From a virus (lineage: Duplodnaviria; Caudoviricetes), in the IMG/VR virus record IMGVR_UViG_3300006133_000325: a DNA stretch of 64,000 nucleotides; one strand, written 5' to 3'. Below the pieces are notes generated by a model. It had not been told where the DNA came from. It searched no databases and saw only the letters and a program-made list of their open reading frames with translations. This document shows, piece by piece, positions 1 to 9,126 of this stretch. Position numbers and translations under genes: made by a program. Positions within the stretch are counted from its first letter, which is position 1. The number at the start of each line of letters is the position of its first letter.

Positions 1-77
1 TAACGGGATGAATCACTTTCTTTGATATCGCTGACTTTTCAATGTCATCGTGCCGTTGTTACTTGGCAAGTCTATAT
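1..77 (-). repeat. 77-nt exact copy of 2335-2411 (5' part of putative ncRNA, cut by window edge)
   Basis: taacgggatg...caagtctatat is identical at both sites. Confidence 0.9.
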
Positions 78-241
78 GAAATTCTTAGAATTTATTTATA
101 CATAAATTAAATTTATGTTTTTCTAAACTTCTTGAGTATACTATACCATAAAAAGATTGCTATGTCAATATATTTTTCTAAATTAAATTTATATTTTTCT
201 AAATTATAAAGGTAATAAAAAAAGCACCTTTTGTAAAAGTG

Positions 242-475
242 CTATTTTATCTCTAATCCATCTGGAAATATAAAACCAGAAAAATATCTACATCCTAATA
301 TAATAGCTATTTTCTCTAGTTCTTCTTGGGTGAATTTCCCACGGTCTAACCTTTGTTTAAAAGCTGATTGAGAAGTCCCTAATCGCCTTGTTAATTCTGC
401 TCTACTAATTCCAGATGCATCACATGCCATATCAATTTTCTGTTGTATAGTAATCTTTATCCCCTCCTTATTCAC
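242..475 (-). CDS. XRE-family HTH regulator (cassette 1)
   Basis: ISRAELTRRLGTSQSAFKQRL HTH; paralogue of 1358-1603 and 2578-2766; true start probably ATT after AGGAGG. Confidence 0.8.
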   Translation of the reverse strand: MNKEGIKITIQQKIDMACDASGISRAELTRRLGTSQSAFKQRLDRGKFTQEELEKIAIILGCRYFSGFIFPDGLEIK

Positions 476-749
476 TAAATAAATCAGAATGTGTCCCTGT
501 ATTGATTAGTGTTAAGACTAGTATATCTTCTTCTATAAGATAGATCAACAGCCAATCTGGCTGAATATGACATTCCCTATATTTTGACATTTTTCCTTTA
601 AGGGGATGATCTTGGTATTTTTCCTCTAGTGGAATCCTGCTTTTCAATTTTTCAACAACATTTTCCAGTAAAGATATATCCAAACCTCTTTTTGTCGCCA
701 ATTTCAAGCCTTTTTTGAATTTGCTAGAATATTTAACCTCAAGATTCAT
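468..749 (-). CDS. yafQ: YafQ-family (RelE superfamily) toxin
   Basis: DHPLKG..YRECHIQPDWLLIY..TGTHSDLF signature. Confidence 0.92.
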   Translation of the reverse strand: MNLEVKYSSKFKKGLKLATKRGLDISLLENVVEKLKSRIPLEEKYQDHPLKGKMSKYRECHIQPDWLLIYLIEEDILVLTLINTGTHSDLFSE

Positions 750-966
750 CTTCTAAAATCTCCCTGAACATTTCCTGCACATCTGTATAACTTTTTACAG
801 TTGGATCTTTACTTATCCTCTCTGCTTCTTCAAATGCTTCTAGCGTTTCTTTATTTAGTTCCGCTCTGCCTCCATCCGTTAGTCCTTGTAAATAAGTTAT
901 AGCATAAGTCAATTTATAATCTGGTATATCATCCACTAATTGGAATAATTTTTCTCTCTCACTCAA
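739..966 (-). CDS. Antitoxin with DinJ/RelB-like C-terminus
   Basis: NKETLEAFEEAERI..KSYTDVQEMF; acidic; overlaps the toxin start. Confidence 0.75.
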   Translation of the reverse strand: MSEREKLFQLVDDIPDYKLTYAITYLQGLTDGGRAELNKETLEAFEEAERISKDPTVKSYTDVQEMFREILEDES

Positions 967-1002
967 TAAAAATCCCTCTTTCTATACTAAACTGATAATT
1001 TC

Positions 1003-1030
1003 ATTATACCAAATCCAAAAGATTTTTCAA
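1003..1030 (-). promoter_or_regulatory. sigmaA promoter of TA cassette (similar copies at ~2103-2130, ~3232-3259, ~3790-3817)
   Basis: minus strand TTGAAA-16nt-TATAAT with TG extension; same GCTTGAAAA..TATAAT block before each cassette. Confidence 0.75.
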
Positions 1031-1037
1031 GCATTTT

Positions 1038-1099
1038 TTCTATACTCTGCATTACAGGCTTGTAATCATTTAAGTTTTTACTCAAGCTGCATTACAGGA
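1038..1099 (-). ncRNA. Twister ribozyme, degenerate copy
   Basis: CUG-UAA-UGCA-GC-[P3]-UGAUUACAAGCCUG-UAA-UGCA-GAG-UA-UAG; P4 weakened. Confidence 0.6.
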
Positions 1100-1357
1100 A
1101 TATTCTCTTTTTTTCATGCGTCTACTTTTTCAAGTTGCGGAAATTCTTCATCCGTTGGACTCTTTCACTTCGCATGGGCTTTTATAGTGGCTAACCATCC
1201 ACTTTATAAAGAATAACTTATTTTTATAAGTTTTTTCTTATTTCTACTTAATTTTAACTCCAGTATTTTAGTTTGTCAATACTTTTTTATTATATTTATA
1301 AGTTTTTCCTTATTTATTATGACAATAAAAAAGCATCTACTCACAAAAGTAAATGCT

Positions 1358-1603
1358 TTAATATTCTTTACCGTCTGGAAATTTAAAATATGAAATATAT
1401 TCACAATCCAAAATTCCTGCTATTTTTTCTAGTTCTTCTCTTGTAAATTTTCCCGTTTTCATTCTTTGTGAAAATCCTGGCTGACTAATACCAAATTGTT
1501 TTGCTAGTTCTGTTATGCTTATATTTGCATGTATGCAAGCTGTTTTTATTTGTTCTTGTATAGTAATCTTTATCCCCTCCTTATAAATTAAATAATTCAT
1601 CAA
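1358..1603 (-). CDS. XRE-family HTH regulator (cassette 2)
   Basis: ISITELAKQFGISQPGFSQRMKTGKF. Confidence 0.8.
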   Translation of the reverse strand: MMNYLIYKEGIKITIQEQIKTACIHANISITELAKQFGISQPGFSQRMKTGKFTREELEKIAGILDCEYISYFKFPDGKEY

Positions 1604-2078
1604 AATCTGTTTTTAGATTTGGAAACATCACAAGTTGTAAGTCGTCCTTATTTTCCTTTGTAACTGTTTTATACAAATAGAAGCAGGTAGTACCATCCTC
1701 TTTTCCATCATTCAAATATATTTCAACTTGTTTTTTTCTCCAATCAACAATCCAATATTCCGAAACTCCAACCTTCTGGTAAATTTCCATTTTCTCGCCG
1801 CGATCATATTCTTCTGTTGACTTGGATAAAACCTCCATAATCATTCTGGGGATTCCGGTCAATGATACATTTTTTCTATCTCTTGTATTACAGTTAATAG
1901 AAACATCCGGTATAACAATCTTGTCATCATTTTCGTGCCATTGATACTGTACCCCATCCCCCAACACACGGCATAAAGAATCTTTTATTTGTTTCCCAAT
2001 CATAACAACAAAATTATTGATAATAAAAGAATGCTCTACAAAAGTATTGCTCATATCTTCTACTGGTATCGAAGACAT
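1581..2078 (-). CDS. Uma2 (DUF820) family endonuclease
   Basis: PDVSI..PRMIMEVLSKSTEEYDRGEKMEIYQKVGVSEYWIVD. Confidence 0.9.
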   Translation of the reverse strand: MSSIPVEDMSNTFVEHSFIINNFVVMIGKQIKDSLCRVLGDGVQYQWHENDDKIVIPDVSINCNTRDRKNVSLTGIPRMIMEVLSKSTEEYDRGEKMEIYQKVGVSEYWIVDWRKKQVEIYLNDGKEDGTTCFYLYKTVTKENKDDLQLVMFPNLKTDFDELFNL

Positions 2079-2137
2079 TTTTTCATCCCCTTTCTTTTTC
2101 TTATTATACCAAAATCAAGCAAATTTTCAAGCATTTT

Positions 2138-2198
2138 TTCTGTACTCTGCATTACGGGCTTGTGACCGGCTGAATTTTACTCAAGCTGCATTACAAAA
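2138..2198 (-). ncRNA. Twister ribozyme (type P1, with P3 hairpin)
   Basis: UUUUG-UAA-UGCA-GC-[UUGAG..UUCAG]-C-CGGUCACAAGCCCG-UAA-UGCA-GAG-UA-CAGAA matches the twister core. Confidence 0.85.
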
Positions 2199-2214
2199 CA
2201 TTTTTTACTAACCT

Positions 2215-2460
2215 ATTGAATGGTTTATAGTATTCTAGTTTTTATAGCCGATTCCGATACGGACACGTCAACATATACTGTCAGCAACCTAGATTGATGG
2301 AGGCGCTCTCCACCTACTACCAGGCATCCCACTATAACGGGATGAATCACTTTCTTTGATATCGCTGACTTTTCAATGTCATCGTGCCGTTGTTACTTGG
2401 CAAGTCTATATTCAGTTCTTGAAATGTTGGATAAACTTAATTTATTTAGTTTTTTCTACA
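2215..2460 (-). ncRNA. Putative structured ncRNA of unknown family
   Basis: Follows TTGACA-17-TATACT promoter (~2473-2501); GC-richer with several hairpins (CAUCCCG/UGGGAUG, GUGGAG/CUCCAU); no RBS-led ORF; duplicated at 1-77. Confidence 0.55.
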
Positions 2461-2577
2461 TTTTATAGCTATAGTATAACACGTACTGAAGATTATGTCA
2501 ATAGGTTTTTTGATATTTTTGTAGTTTTTTCTACATTTATATCATATACAAAAAGCAACCGTTTTATACGATTGCTC

Positions 2578-2766
2578 TTAGATTTCTTTGCCATCTTTAA
2601 ATTTGAAATAAGAAATATACTCAGCATCTAGAACACTTGCTATTGTTTCAAGTTCCGCTTGAGTAAATTTTCCAGTTTTGAGGCGCTGCCCAAATGCGGA
2701 AGGTGTAACCCCTAACTTATCCGCTATATCCTTTTTTGTGACATTTTCAGAATAGGCTAATGCCAT
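2578..2766 (-). CDS. XRE-family HTH regulator (cassette 3)
   Basis: VTKKDIADKLGVTPSAFGQRLKTGKF; frame extends upstream as ITIQQKID like its paralogues. Confidence 0.8.
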   Translation of the reverse strand: MALAYSENVTKKDIADKLGVTPSAFGQRLKTGKFTQAELETIASVLDAEYISYFKFKDGKEI

Positions 2767-2806
2767 GTCAATTTTTTGTTGTATGGTAATCTCTATCCCC
2801 TCCTAT

Positions 2807-2984
2807 CTAAACCTGCGTAACAGAAAATGACGGTTCAGGAATTTCTATATTCATGTCCTTAGCAGATTCCAACCATAAAGATTCGGCACTTTCAAATTGC
2901 TTTATATAATAGTTTGCGTTTGCTTTCTGGTTGTTTTTTGATAAACTTTTGAGCCTTTTTATCAATACTAATTTTGTATATCAT
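2807..2984 (-). pseudogene. Truncated RelE-like N-terminus joined to a HicB-like C-terminal remnant
   Basis: 2984-2892 MIYKISIDKKAQKFIKKQPESKRKLLYKAI*; another frame reads ESAESLWLESAKDMNIEIPEP to a stop at 2807. Confidence 0.6.
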
Positions 2985-3195
2985 TCATTGTCAGCCCCGA
3001 TTCTTTTATTGCTTCCTCAAAAGAAATTATCTCATGCTCTGGATCATTTAAATATCTTTCTGCCAACCTTTCACAAAATAACTCATCTTCTATTTCATCA
3101 TCTATTTGTATGCCTTTTAACAAATATAAAATTTTTGTTATTTTATAATCCGGAAGCTGATCTAAAATCTGTATAACCTGTTCTCTTTCACTCAT
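2968..3195 (-). CDS. Putative antitoxin
   Basis: N-terminus MSEREQVIQILDQLPDYKI paralogous to 739-966; acidic tail; precedes RelE remnant. Confidence 0.65.
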   Translation of the reverse strand: MSEREQVIQILDQLPDYKITKILYLLKGIQIDDEIEDELFCERLAERYLNDPEHEIISFEEAIKESGLTMNDIQN

Positions 3196-3274
3196 ACTTT
3201 CACCTTCTGTTATTATTTTCTTTACAAATTCATTATATCAGATTTCATGACTTTTTCAAGCATATACCGTCCTA

Positions 3275-3487
3275 TCAATCCCAATTTATAACATCATGAG
3301 AAACTGTTCCATTTTCTTCTATATCTCTTTCTATTTCTTCTAACTCTTTTCGTTCTCTCGGTGTAACTTTTGTAAAATCTGGATCCCATGCTATAACAAG
3401 CTTTCTAATGAATTCAAGTGCAAAGTTCTGATCACTTTCTGGTAATATTTCCATAAGGTTTATAGCTTCCTTTATTGCTGCACTCAT
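3275..3487 (-). CDS. Putative antitoxin
   Basis: 70 aa acidic protein directly downstream of a RelE toxin. Confidence 0.65.
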   Translation of the reverse strand: MSAAIKEAINLMEILPESDQNFALEFIRKLVIAWDPDFTKVTPRERKELEEIERDIEENGTVSHDVINWD

Positions 3488-3502
3488 ATAAACACTTCCT
3501 TT

Positions 3503-3763
3503 CTATTTATAAATATCGCCCCTTGTATCAACATTCATAATATATAATATTGTAATTTCTCCATCTTGCTCATAATTATATATTATTCTATACTTTCCTA
3601 TCCTTAACCGTTTTCTACCATCTGAATAGCCTTGCATTGTCTTTATATCGCCTTTTGGTGGATTTTCTGTTAATCCTTCAATGCCAATTTTAATCCGTTG
3701 TTTTGTAGGTCTATCTAACGCATTTATATACTTTGCTGCTTTATTACTATATTTTATTTGCAC
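3503..3763 (-). CDS. RelE/ParE family toxin
   Basis: GDIKTMQG..RLRIGKYRIIY..TRGDIYK. Confidence 0.9.
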   Translation of the reverse strand: MQIKYSNKAAKYINALDRPTKQRIKIGIEGLTENPPKGDIKTMQGYSDGRKRLRIGKYRIIYNYEQDGEITILYIMNVDTRGDIYK

Positions 3764-3862
3764 GTTATATTAACCTCCAATCTGAATTCATTATATCAGA
3801 TTTCACAACTTTTTCAAGCCAAAATTTCCTGCCCCTCACTATACAAACAAAGAACCTTTTCG

Positions 3863-4363
3863 TTATGCTGTAATTACTTCCGGCTCCATCGTCCGTGTTT
3901 GAAATCTTTCTGATCCATACATAGATCGGATATCCTCCATACTCTTTTCCGTTTTCCCGCGTTTCCGGTATGGCTCAGAATGAAAATACCATGCTGATTT
4001 TTTCGGACTCCATTTAAAACGCAAATTTTTTAATATATCCTTTGCTGCAAAGGTATTCCCTGTTACCCACAACCAAGAACCACAAAGTTCTATTACAATG
4101 CCAGGAATTTTCAATAAAGCGTTGATAATGTCCATATAAGCCGATGCCGTTTCGCTGGATTCTTTTGTATAGGTTTCCCCATCCGCATTCATATGAATAT
4201 CCTTCAAACGTTTCCAAACAGATTCAAAATCTGCTTGCATTTGTTTAAACTCTTCTGTAGTATCCTTATCCGGATTATAGTCAGGATGAAACTGCCGTGC
4301 AAGCTTTTTATATTCCTGCTTTGCCTCCTCTGCAGTTTTGCAGTTTTGAAAATATTTCAACAT
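3863..4363 (-). CDS. J-domain (DnaJ-like) phage protein
   Basis: YKKLARQFHPD J motif; IELCGSWLWVTG C-domain; start set at ATG 4363 (MLKYF). Confidence 0.8.
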   Translation of the reverse strand: MLKYFQNCKTAEEAKQEYKKLARQFHPDYNPDKDTTEEFKQMQADFESVWKRLKDIHMNADGETYTKESSETASAYMDIINALLKIPGIVIELCGSWLWVTGNTFAAKDILKNLRFKWSPKKSAWYFHSEPYRKRGKTEKSMEDIRSMYGSERFQTRTMEPEVITA

Positions 4364-4900
4364 GATATTTCCCCCCCTTTTTGATTTTTTACTATAAGGC
4401 ACTATTAAAGACAGAACAGAAATAAGTAACAGCCATAACGAAAGGATGAATGAGCTAAGGAAGCAAAGTTTTTATCAAATAGTTGACATGGTTGCCGAAG
4501 AAAAGACAAAAAATAAAGTGGTAGAATAGTATGCCGCTTTTATTGTGTTCTCTCGCTTGCGTATTCGCCCCAAATTCGCCTTGAAATTGATTTGACGTAT
4601 ATATAGGGCAAGATAATAAAACGCCTTAAATCGAAAAAATACAACCTTTGAAATTCTTCGGTAAATGTTGTATAATAAATATATGATATAGAACAAGTGT
4701 CACATTGCACAAATCAAAAATAGTAGTTTATGTGATTTTGCACAATGTTTGGAGGATGGTGGATGTATGATTTTATCCATACGCAGAATGATGTTTTGCG
4801 CGAGTGGTACATTGCCGGCGCGGACTTGGTCGGCAATTATCAAGTACCACAGCTACATCCGATAAATGCAAGGCTTACACTCCCTGCGCCGCTAGTCTGC

Positions 4901-5329
4901 CTAATATCTCGCAAATCCCCTAACATAGTTTACGGTGTCAACTCCATACTTATTGTAAATCCTGTCAAGCTTATACATCCATCTGTCTGGATGTGATTTT
5001 TTCATGTTCCACAAATCGAATAGGCATTTGCTTACTTCGCTTTCATAATCAAATTCATACTCCAAAGCAAGTCCATCTTTACTGTATGCACTTGTTATAA
5101 ATTTAACATCACAGTATGTGATATAATTACAAGCATATGTTCCTAAATTGCTATAAATTAAAAGTTCCTGCCCATTGTCATAAAATTTAATTTCTTTTTC
5201 CGATAATTCATGATTTTTAATCCACAAATCCTGAAGCAGTCCTAATCCGCTGTGATAGTTTGACTTGATAAAAGTTTCATAATTTCCGCAAGCTTCCCCT
5301 TTTGTAAGTTCGCAAAGCATATTTAACAT
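4901..5329 (-). CDS. Hypothetical phage protein
   Basis: Start moved to ATG 5329 after GGAGG; upstream extension is the ribozyme. Confidence 0.6.
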   Translation of the reverse strand: MLNMLCELTKGEACGNYETFIKSNYHSGLGLLQDLWIKNHELSEKEIKFYDNGQELLIYSNLGTYACNYITYCDVKFITSAYSKDGLALEYEFDYESEVSKCLFDLWNMKKSHPDRWMYKLDRIYNKYGVDTVNYVRGFARY

Positions 5330-5356
5330 GATTTTCCCTCCTGATTTTTCTTTTTT

Positions 5357-5407
5357 CCTGCACTCTGCATTTTCCGGGCTTGTGACCGTCTTCGGCTGCA
5401 TTACAGG
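5357..5407 (-). ncRNA. Twister ribozyme (type P1), canonical copy
   Basis: CCUG-UAA-UGCA-GC-CGAAGA-CGGUCACAAGCCCG-GAAAA-UGCA-GAG-UG-CAGG: P1, P2, P4 and both pseudoknots; predicted U|A cut at 5403/5402; intergenic. Confidence 0.9.
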
Positions 5408-5423
5408 GGCGGAACGTGTCCGC

Positions 5424-5609
5424 CTACATATACCAGTGATTTTTCACATACTCAATATGCGAGTTGGTCGGCAACGTCACATATACATCTTTTGCGTTTG
5501 GATTTGGTCTTAAAATTTCAACTGTGTTATTTTCATCGTCAAAATTGATTTTTGCTAACCTATAATTAAAGTCTTTATCCATTCCTTTATAATTAACTGT
5601 CATATCCAT
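5424..5609 (-). CDS. Hypothetical protein
   Basis: 61-aa ORF with GGGGG RBS and upstream TTGACA promoter. Confidence 0.55.
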   Translation of the reverse strand: MDMTVNYKGMDKDFNYRLAKINFDDENNTVEILRPNPNAKDVYVTLPTNSHIEYVKNHWYM

Positions 5610-5655
5610 TCCCCCTGTTTGGTTTGTTGTTTGCTTGTTTCTGACATTATAATAC

Positions 5656-6021
5656 CACTAAAATTAGTGCTTGTCAACACTAAAATTAAAGTTTTTTGAA
5701 AAATATTTTTGGAGTTGATTTTTTATGGATTTTGGTTTATAATGATTAAAAGCAAAAGAAAGGAAGTGGGGGAATGTGGCGATATAAGATTGATATATTG
5801 AAAGAGCTATCAAATAGAGGTTATACCAGTACCAAAATGAGAAAAGATAAAATAATGTCAGAGGGTACAATGCAACACATCCGCAAGGGGCATGGCATAT
5901 CGGTAGATACATTAAATACAATATGTTTAATCCTGCGGTTGGAACCATCTGATATAATAGAGATAGTTCCCACAGACGAGGAAAAGATAAAATATTTTTA
6001 GAAAACACTAAAATTAGTGTT
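5656..6021. promoter_or_regulatory. Palindromic operators CACTAAAATTAGTG (5656-5669, 6006-6019) at outward-facing TTGACA promoters around an HTH gene
   Basis: Identical 14-mers beside -35 boxes on both sides of 5774-6001. Confidence 0.65.
5774..6001 (+). CDS. Cro/C1-type HTH regulator
   Basis: MSEGTMQHIRKG..ISVDTLNTICLILRLEPSDIIE. Confidence 0.85.
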   Translation: MWRYKIDILKELSNRGYTSTKMRKDKIMSEGTMQHIRKGHGISVDTLNTICLILRLEPSDIIEIVPTDEEKIKYF

Positions 6022-6101
6022 GACAAGTGACAGAAAGCATGTTAATATATAATTGTCCAAAGGAACAAGGACAATAACCCAAAAGGGAGAAAGGAGAACA
6101 G

Positions 6102-6257
6102 ATGGACGATATGACGAAAGAAGAAATGCAACGCTTCTTAAACCGTGAAGCTGAAAAGGGAAGTACAGAGTACGAAGCTTTGAAAGCATTAGCGGATATT
6201 CTGGGAATTGAGTTTCCAGAATTGAAGCAACAGAAGCAAAACAAAGGGGCTGAATAA
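6102..6257 (+). CDS. Small hypothetical protein (51 aa)
   Basis: AAGGAG RBS then MDDMTKEEMQRFLNREAEKG..; below ORF-track cutoff. Confidence 0.55.
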   Translation: MDDMTKEEMQRFLNREAEKGSTEYEALKALADILGIEFPELKQQKQNKGAE

Positions 6258-6595
6258 ACAGCCCCGACACACAACAGAACGGGCGGCGAAAAAACCGCCC
6301 CACCTGTAAAAAGAAAAATATCGGATGGAGGCTGAAAAAATCTGTTTGGGGAATAAATGAAAAAACAGCACATAAGAAAAAATAAAGCCGGGAAATTGCT
6401 TCCTGGCTGTTTTTATGCTATTGCTACTCTCATAATCGTGTTACTCCCTTTAATCGCTGTTACATATATCGTCATGGCTTGTGCCTCCTTCATTAAAAAT
6501 GTCTTTCTTTTTTTATGTGCTTGTGCTATACTGTTTTATAGATAGGATTATGCGGGGACTTACATTGATTTTCATCAAATGCCCCGTTCCGGTGA

Positions 6596-6694
6596 CTAGG
6601 TTATATAGTCAATGTATTCGGCTTCAGTCGCAAACAACTGATATCTGCCGTTTACATATCCCATATAACCATAGGCTGTATAATAGCCTTTCAT
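6596..6694 (-). CDS. Small Tyr-rich protein (32 aa)
   Basis: AGGAGGTG RBS; MKGYYTAYGYMGYVNGRYQLFATEAEYIDYIT. Confidence 0.6.
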   Translation of the reverse strand: MKGYYTAYGYMGYVNGRYQLFATEAEYIDYIT

Positions 6695-6927
6695 GGTATC
6701 ACCTCCTATTCAGTTATTTAAGATAAGCAAGGGTTTTAGTTTGCTAGGCTGCTGCCCTTGCTTTATCTTATGTACTTATTATACTCTATAAACCGTGTAT
6801 AGTCTATTGACAAAACACACAAACATACACCGTAAAAAATGTATATTTTATACGCTTTAAACAGTGTATATTATGTTATAATAGACTTGCATATTTATAA
6901 GAAATTTAGAAAGAGAGGTTTTATAAT

Positions 6928-7143
6928 ATGGCAGGTACTATAAAATACGACAAACTTTTAAAACTCATGGAACAAAAAGGACTTTCTACCTATAAAATAA
7001 GAAAAGAAAAAATAATTTCTGAAAGTACATTACAAAATATTAGAAACAACGGACGCATAACAACAGATACAATAGCAAACTTATGTAATGCTTTAAACTG
7101 CCAGCCAGGGGATATATTAGAGTATGTGCCAGATGAAAATTAG
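6928..7143 (+). CDS. Cro/C1-type HTH regulator
   Basis: ISESTLQNIRN..TIANLCNALNCQPGDILEY. Confidence 0.88.
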   Translation: MAGTIKYDKLLKLMEQKGLSTYKIRKEKIISESTLQNIRNNGRITTDTIANLCNALNCQPGDILEYVPDEN

Positions 7144-8301
7144 ATATGTTTTGTAGGTATAATAGATATATAAGTATAATATATAAGCATTACTATTTAT
7201 CACTGATGCAAAGCCAATATATAGTTGTGTTTACGACATGGTTATATTTATAGTCTTGTTTGTATCATGATTATAATATCGTCATTATGATATTATTATA
7301 TTTACGACATTGTTAGTATTTTAATATTATATTGTAACTGTTGTTAGTATTTCTTGAGACTTTTTGTTACTTCTGTCTGTACTTGTTTCCTATTATTGAT
7401 ATTGTTTTTATTTTGACAACATATTTATGTTACAATTATAGTTATTATTATGATGTTATCTATATTTATATTGTTGATATATCAACAATACTATATGTGA
7501 TATGTTATTGTTGATGTTATGATTATATTATATATTGTATAATATTGTTATTATTATAACATGATATCAAAATGATTTCAAAATTATATCATTTTTCTCG
7601 AACCCACTTTCTCGAGGTCATAGACAGCAAAATATTGTCGTAATTATAACGTGTTTTAACAAGCGCAAACACAGTCATAAACACAATATTCATTGTTGTT
7701 ATTATGACATGATTTGGGTACTAACTTGTTACTTTGCTTGCTGTCTGTAAGTTACACTTTTGGGTAAAAGTATAACTTTTTAAGGGTTTTCACTGATTTT
7801 GGTAGAGGGGGTATATTTACATAAAAAGTGAATTTTTCATGCTACTAGATTGGTCAAGCAGTTCCATTTACACATCACAAAAAATTTTCAACCACCTCCA
7901 ATGAAATTGAAAATAGTTCGGGACATTGTTCGGCAGCCCTATATTTTTCCTATGTTTCATCCATTTTCAAAATTGAATTTTTTCAATTTTTCTCAAAAAT
8001 CTTCCACATTTCCTATAAAAAATAGACTTTTCTCGAACTCACCTATAAAACGGCATTTGCCTATTTCCATCACTCCTCTCTCACCATCATATCAATGGTA
8101 ATTTTCTTAAAAAAATCAGGCTTTTTATCACGAATAAATAGCTCGAATTTTTCCATTTTCCGAACTCATCTATAAAAAACATATAAAACCAATAACACAA
8201 ATTTTTTTGTAATTCTGAAAATACATAAGAAAATCCTATACAAAAATAGAATATAACCTTGTAACCAAAAACTTTGCATTTTCTCCCGTTTTAGGTGTAT
8301 A

Positions 8302-9081
8302 ATGAGTCAAAAAAATGATAAAATGGGAGGTAAAACAGAAATGGAGGAACTTTACAATTTTATGCTTTGGGGAGATTACAATAAACGAATGGAAGAACTT
8401 GCTGCTATGACACTGCCAGAACCTTGGAGTTTTACTGGAAAAAGTGATAATGCTATTCTCAAAAACTACCTCAAATATACTTATTGGAAATTGCGTCGGG
8501 AAACAAAAGTAGTTGAAAATGAAGAATATTGCTTATTTAACACTGGTCTTTTTACTACTTACTATGAGCCAATTTATGTGTATGGTGAGGCAAATACCGG
8601 TGATGAACCAGGTTGGAAATTCAAGGGATTCCTCACTGAATATGAATTGGGTTCATTGGGAATTGCTGATTATCCAGAGAGAACTGACTATTTTTCAGAT
8701 CCGTCTTTACTTGTATTTGACTGGCATTGTAAAATCAATACCCAATACAAGCACATATTAGAAGATGAGGAAAACCGTACAAGGCTACCAGAAAGCTTAC
8801 TTAATAGTGTTGCACCATTAGAAATGTTAAAAGGAGTAATAGATACTGCCATTAAGAAAGTAATGGCAAATTATAAATTGGCAGTACCACATTATTTCAA
8901 AAATCAAATTCAGCTTATGATACCATTATACTTTGGTAAAGCAAATACACCAGATTTAGCCTTAGTTCTTACAAAAATGCCAAAAGGTTATTATCAAGCT
9001 CATACGTGTTTAACTATGGATATGGCATATCTTGATGCCAGACTTATAGCCAAACCGGAAAGTAACTGGTTATTGCCATGA
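8302..9081 (+). CDS. DUF3825 domain protein
   Basis: ILKNYLKYTY..FNTGL..NYKLAVPHY..QLMIPL..TCLTMDMAYLDARLI; TTGCAT..TATAAT promoter suggests start at 8341. Confidence 0.85.
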   Translation: MSQKNDKMGGKTEMEELYNFMLWGDYNKRMEELAAMTLPEPWSFTGKSDNAILKNYLKYTYWKLRRETKVVENEEYCLFNTGLFTTYYEPIYVYGEANTGDEPGWKFKGFLTEYELGSLGIADYPERTDYFSDPSLLVFDWHCKINTQYKHILEDEENRTRLPESLLNSVAPLEMLKGVIDTAIKKVMANYKLAVPHYFKNQIQLMIPLYFGKANTPDLALVLTKMPKGYYQAHTCLTMDMAYLDARLIAKPESNWLLP

Positions 9082-9126
9082 GAATAACATTACTTTTCCC
9101 GTAAAAGAAATTATATAAAAAGAATG

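Noticed and set aside
1130-1205. Hammerhead, pistol or preQ1 call for the cassette-2 RNA
   Set aside because: CUGANGA/GAAA core, pistol P2 and preQ1 loop residues are not matched
4745-4996. Plus-strand 83-aa ORF
   Set aside because: Only the first ~35 codons look protein-like (possible gene remnant); the rest overlaps an opposite-strand gene
5330-5401. N-terminal extension of ORF 4901-5401
   Set aside because: Coincides with the twister ribozyme; the RBS supports ATG 5329
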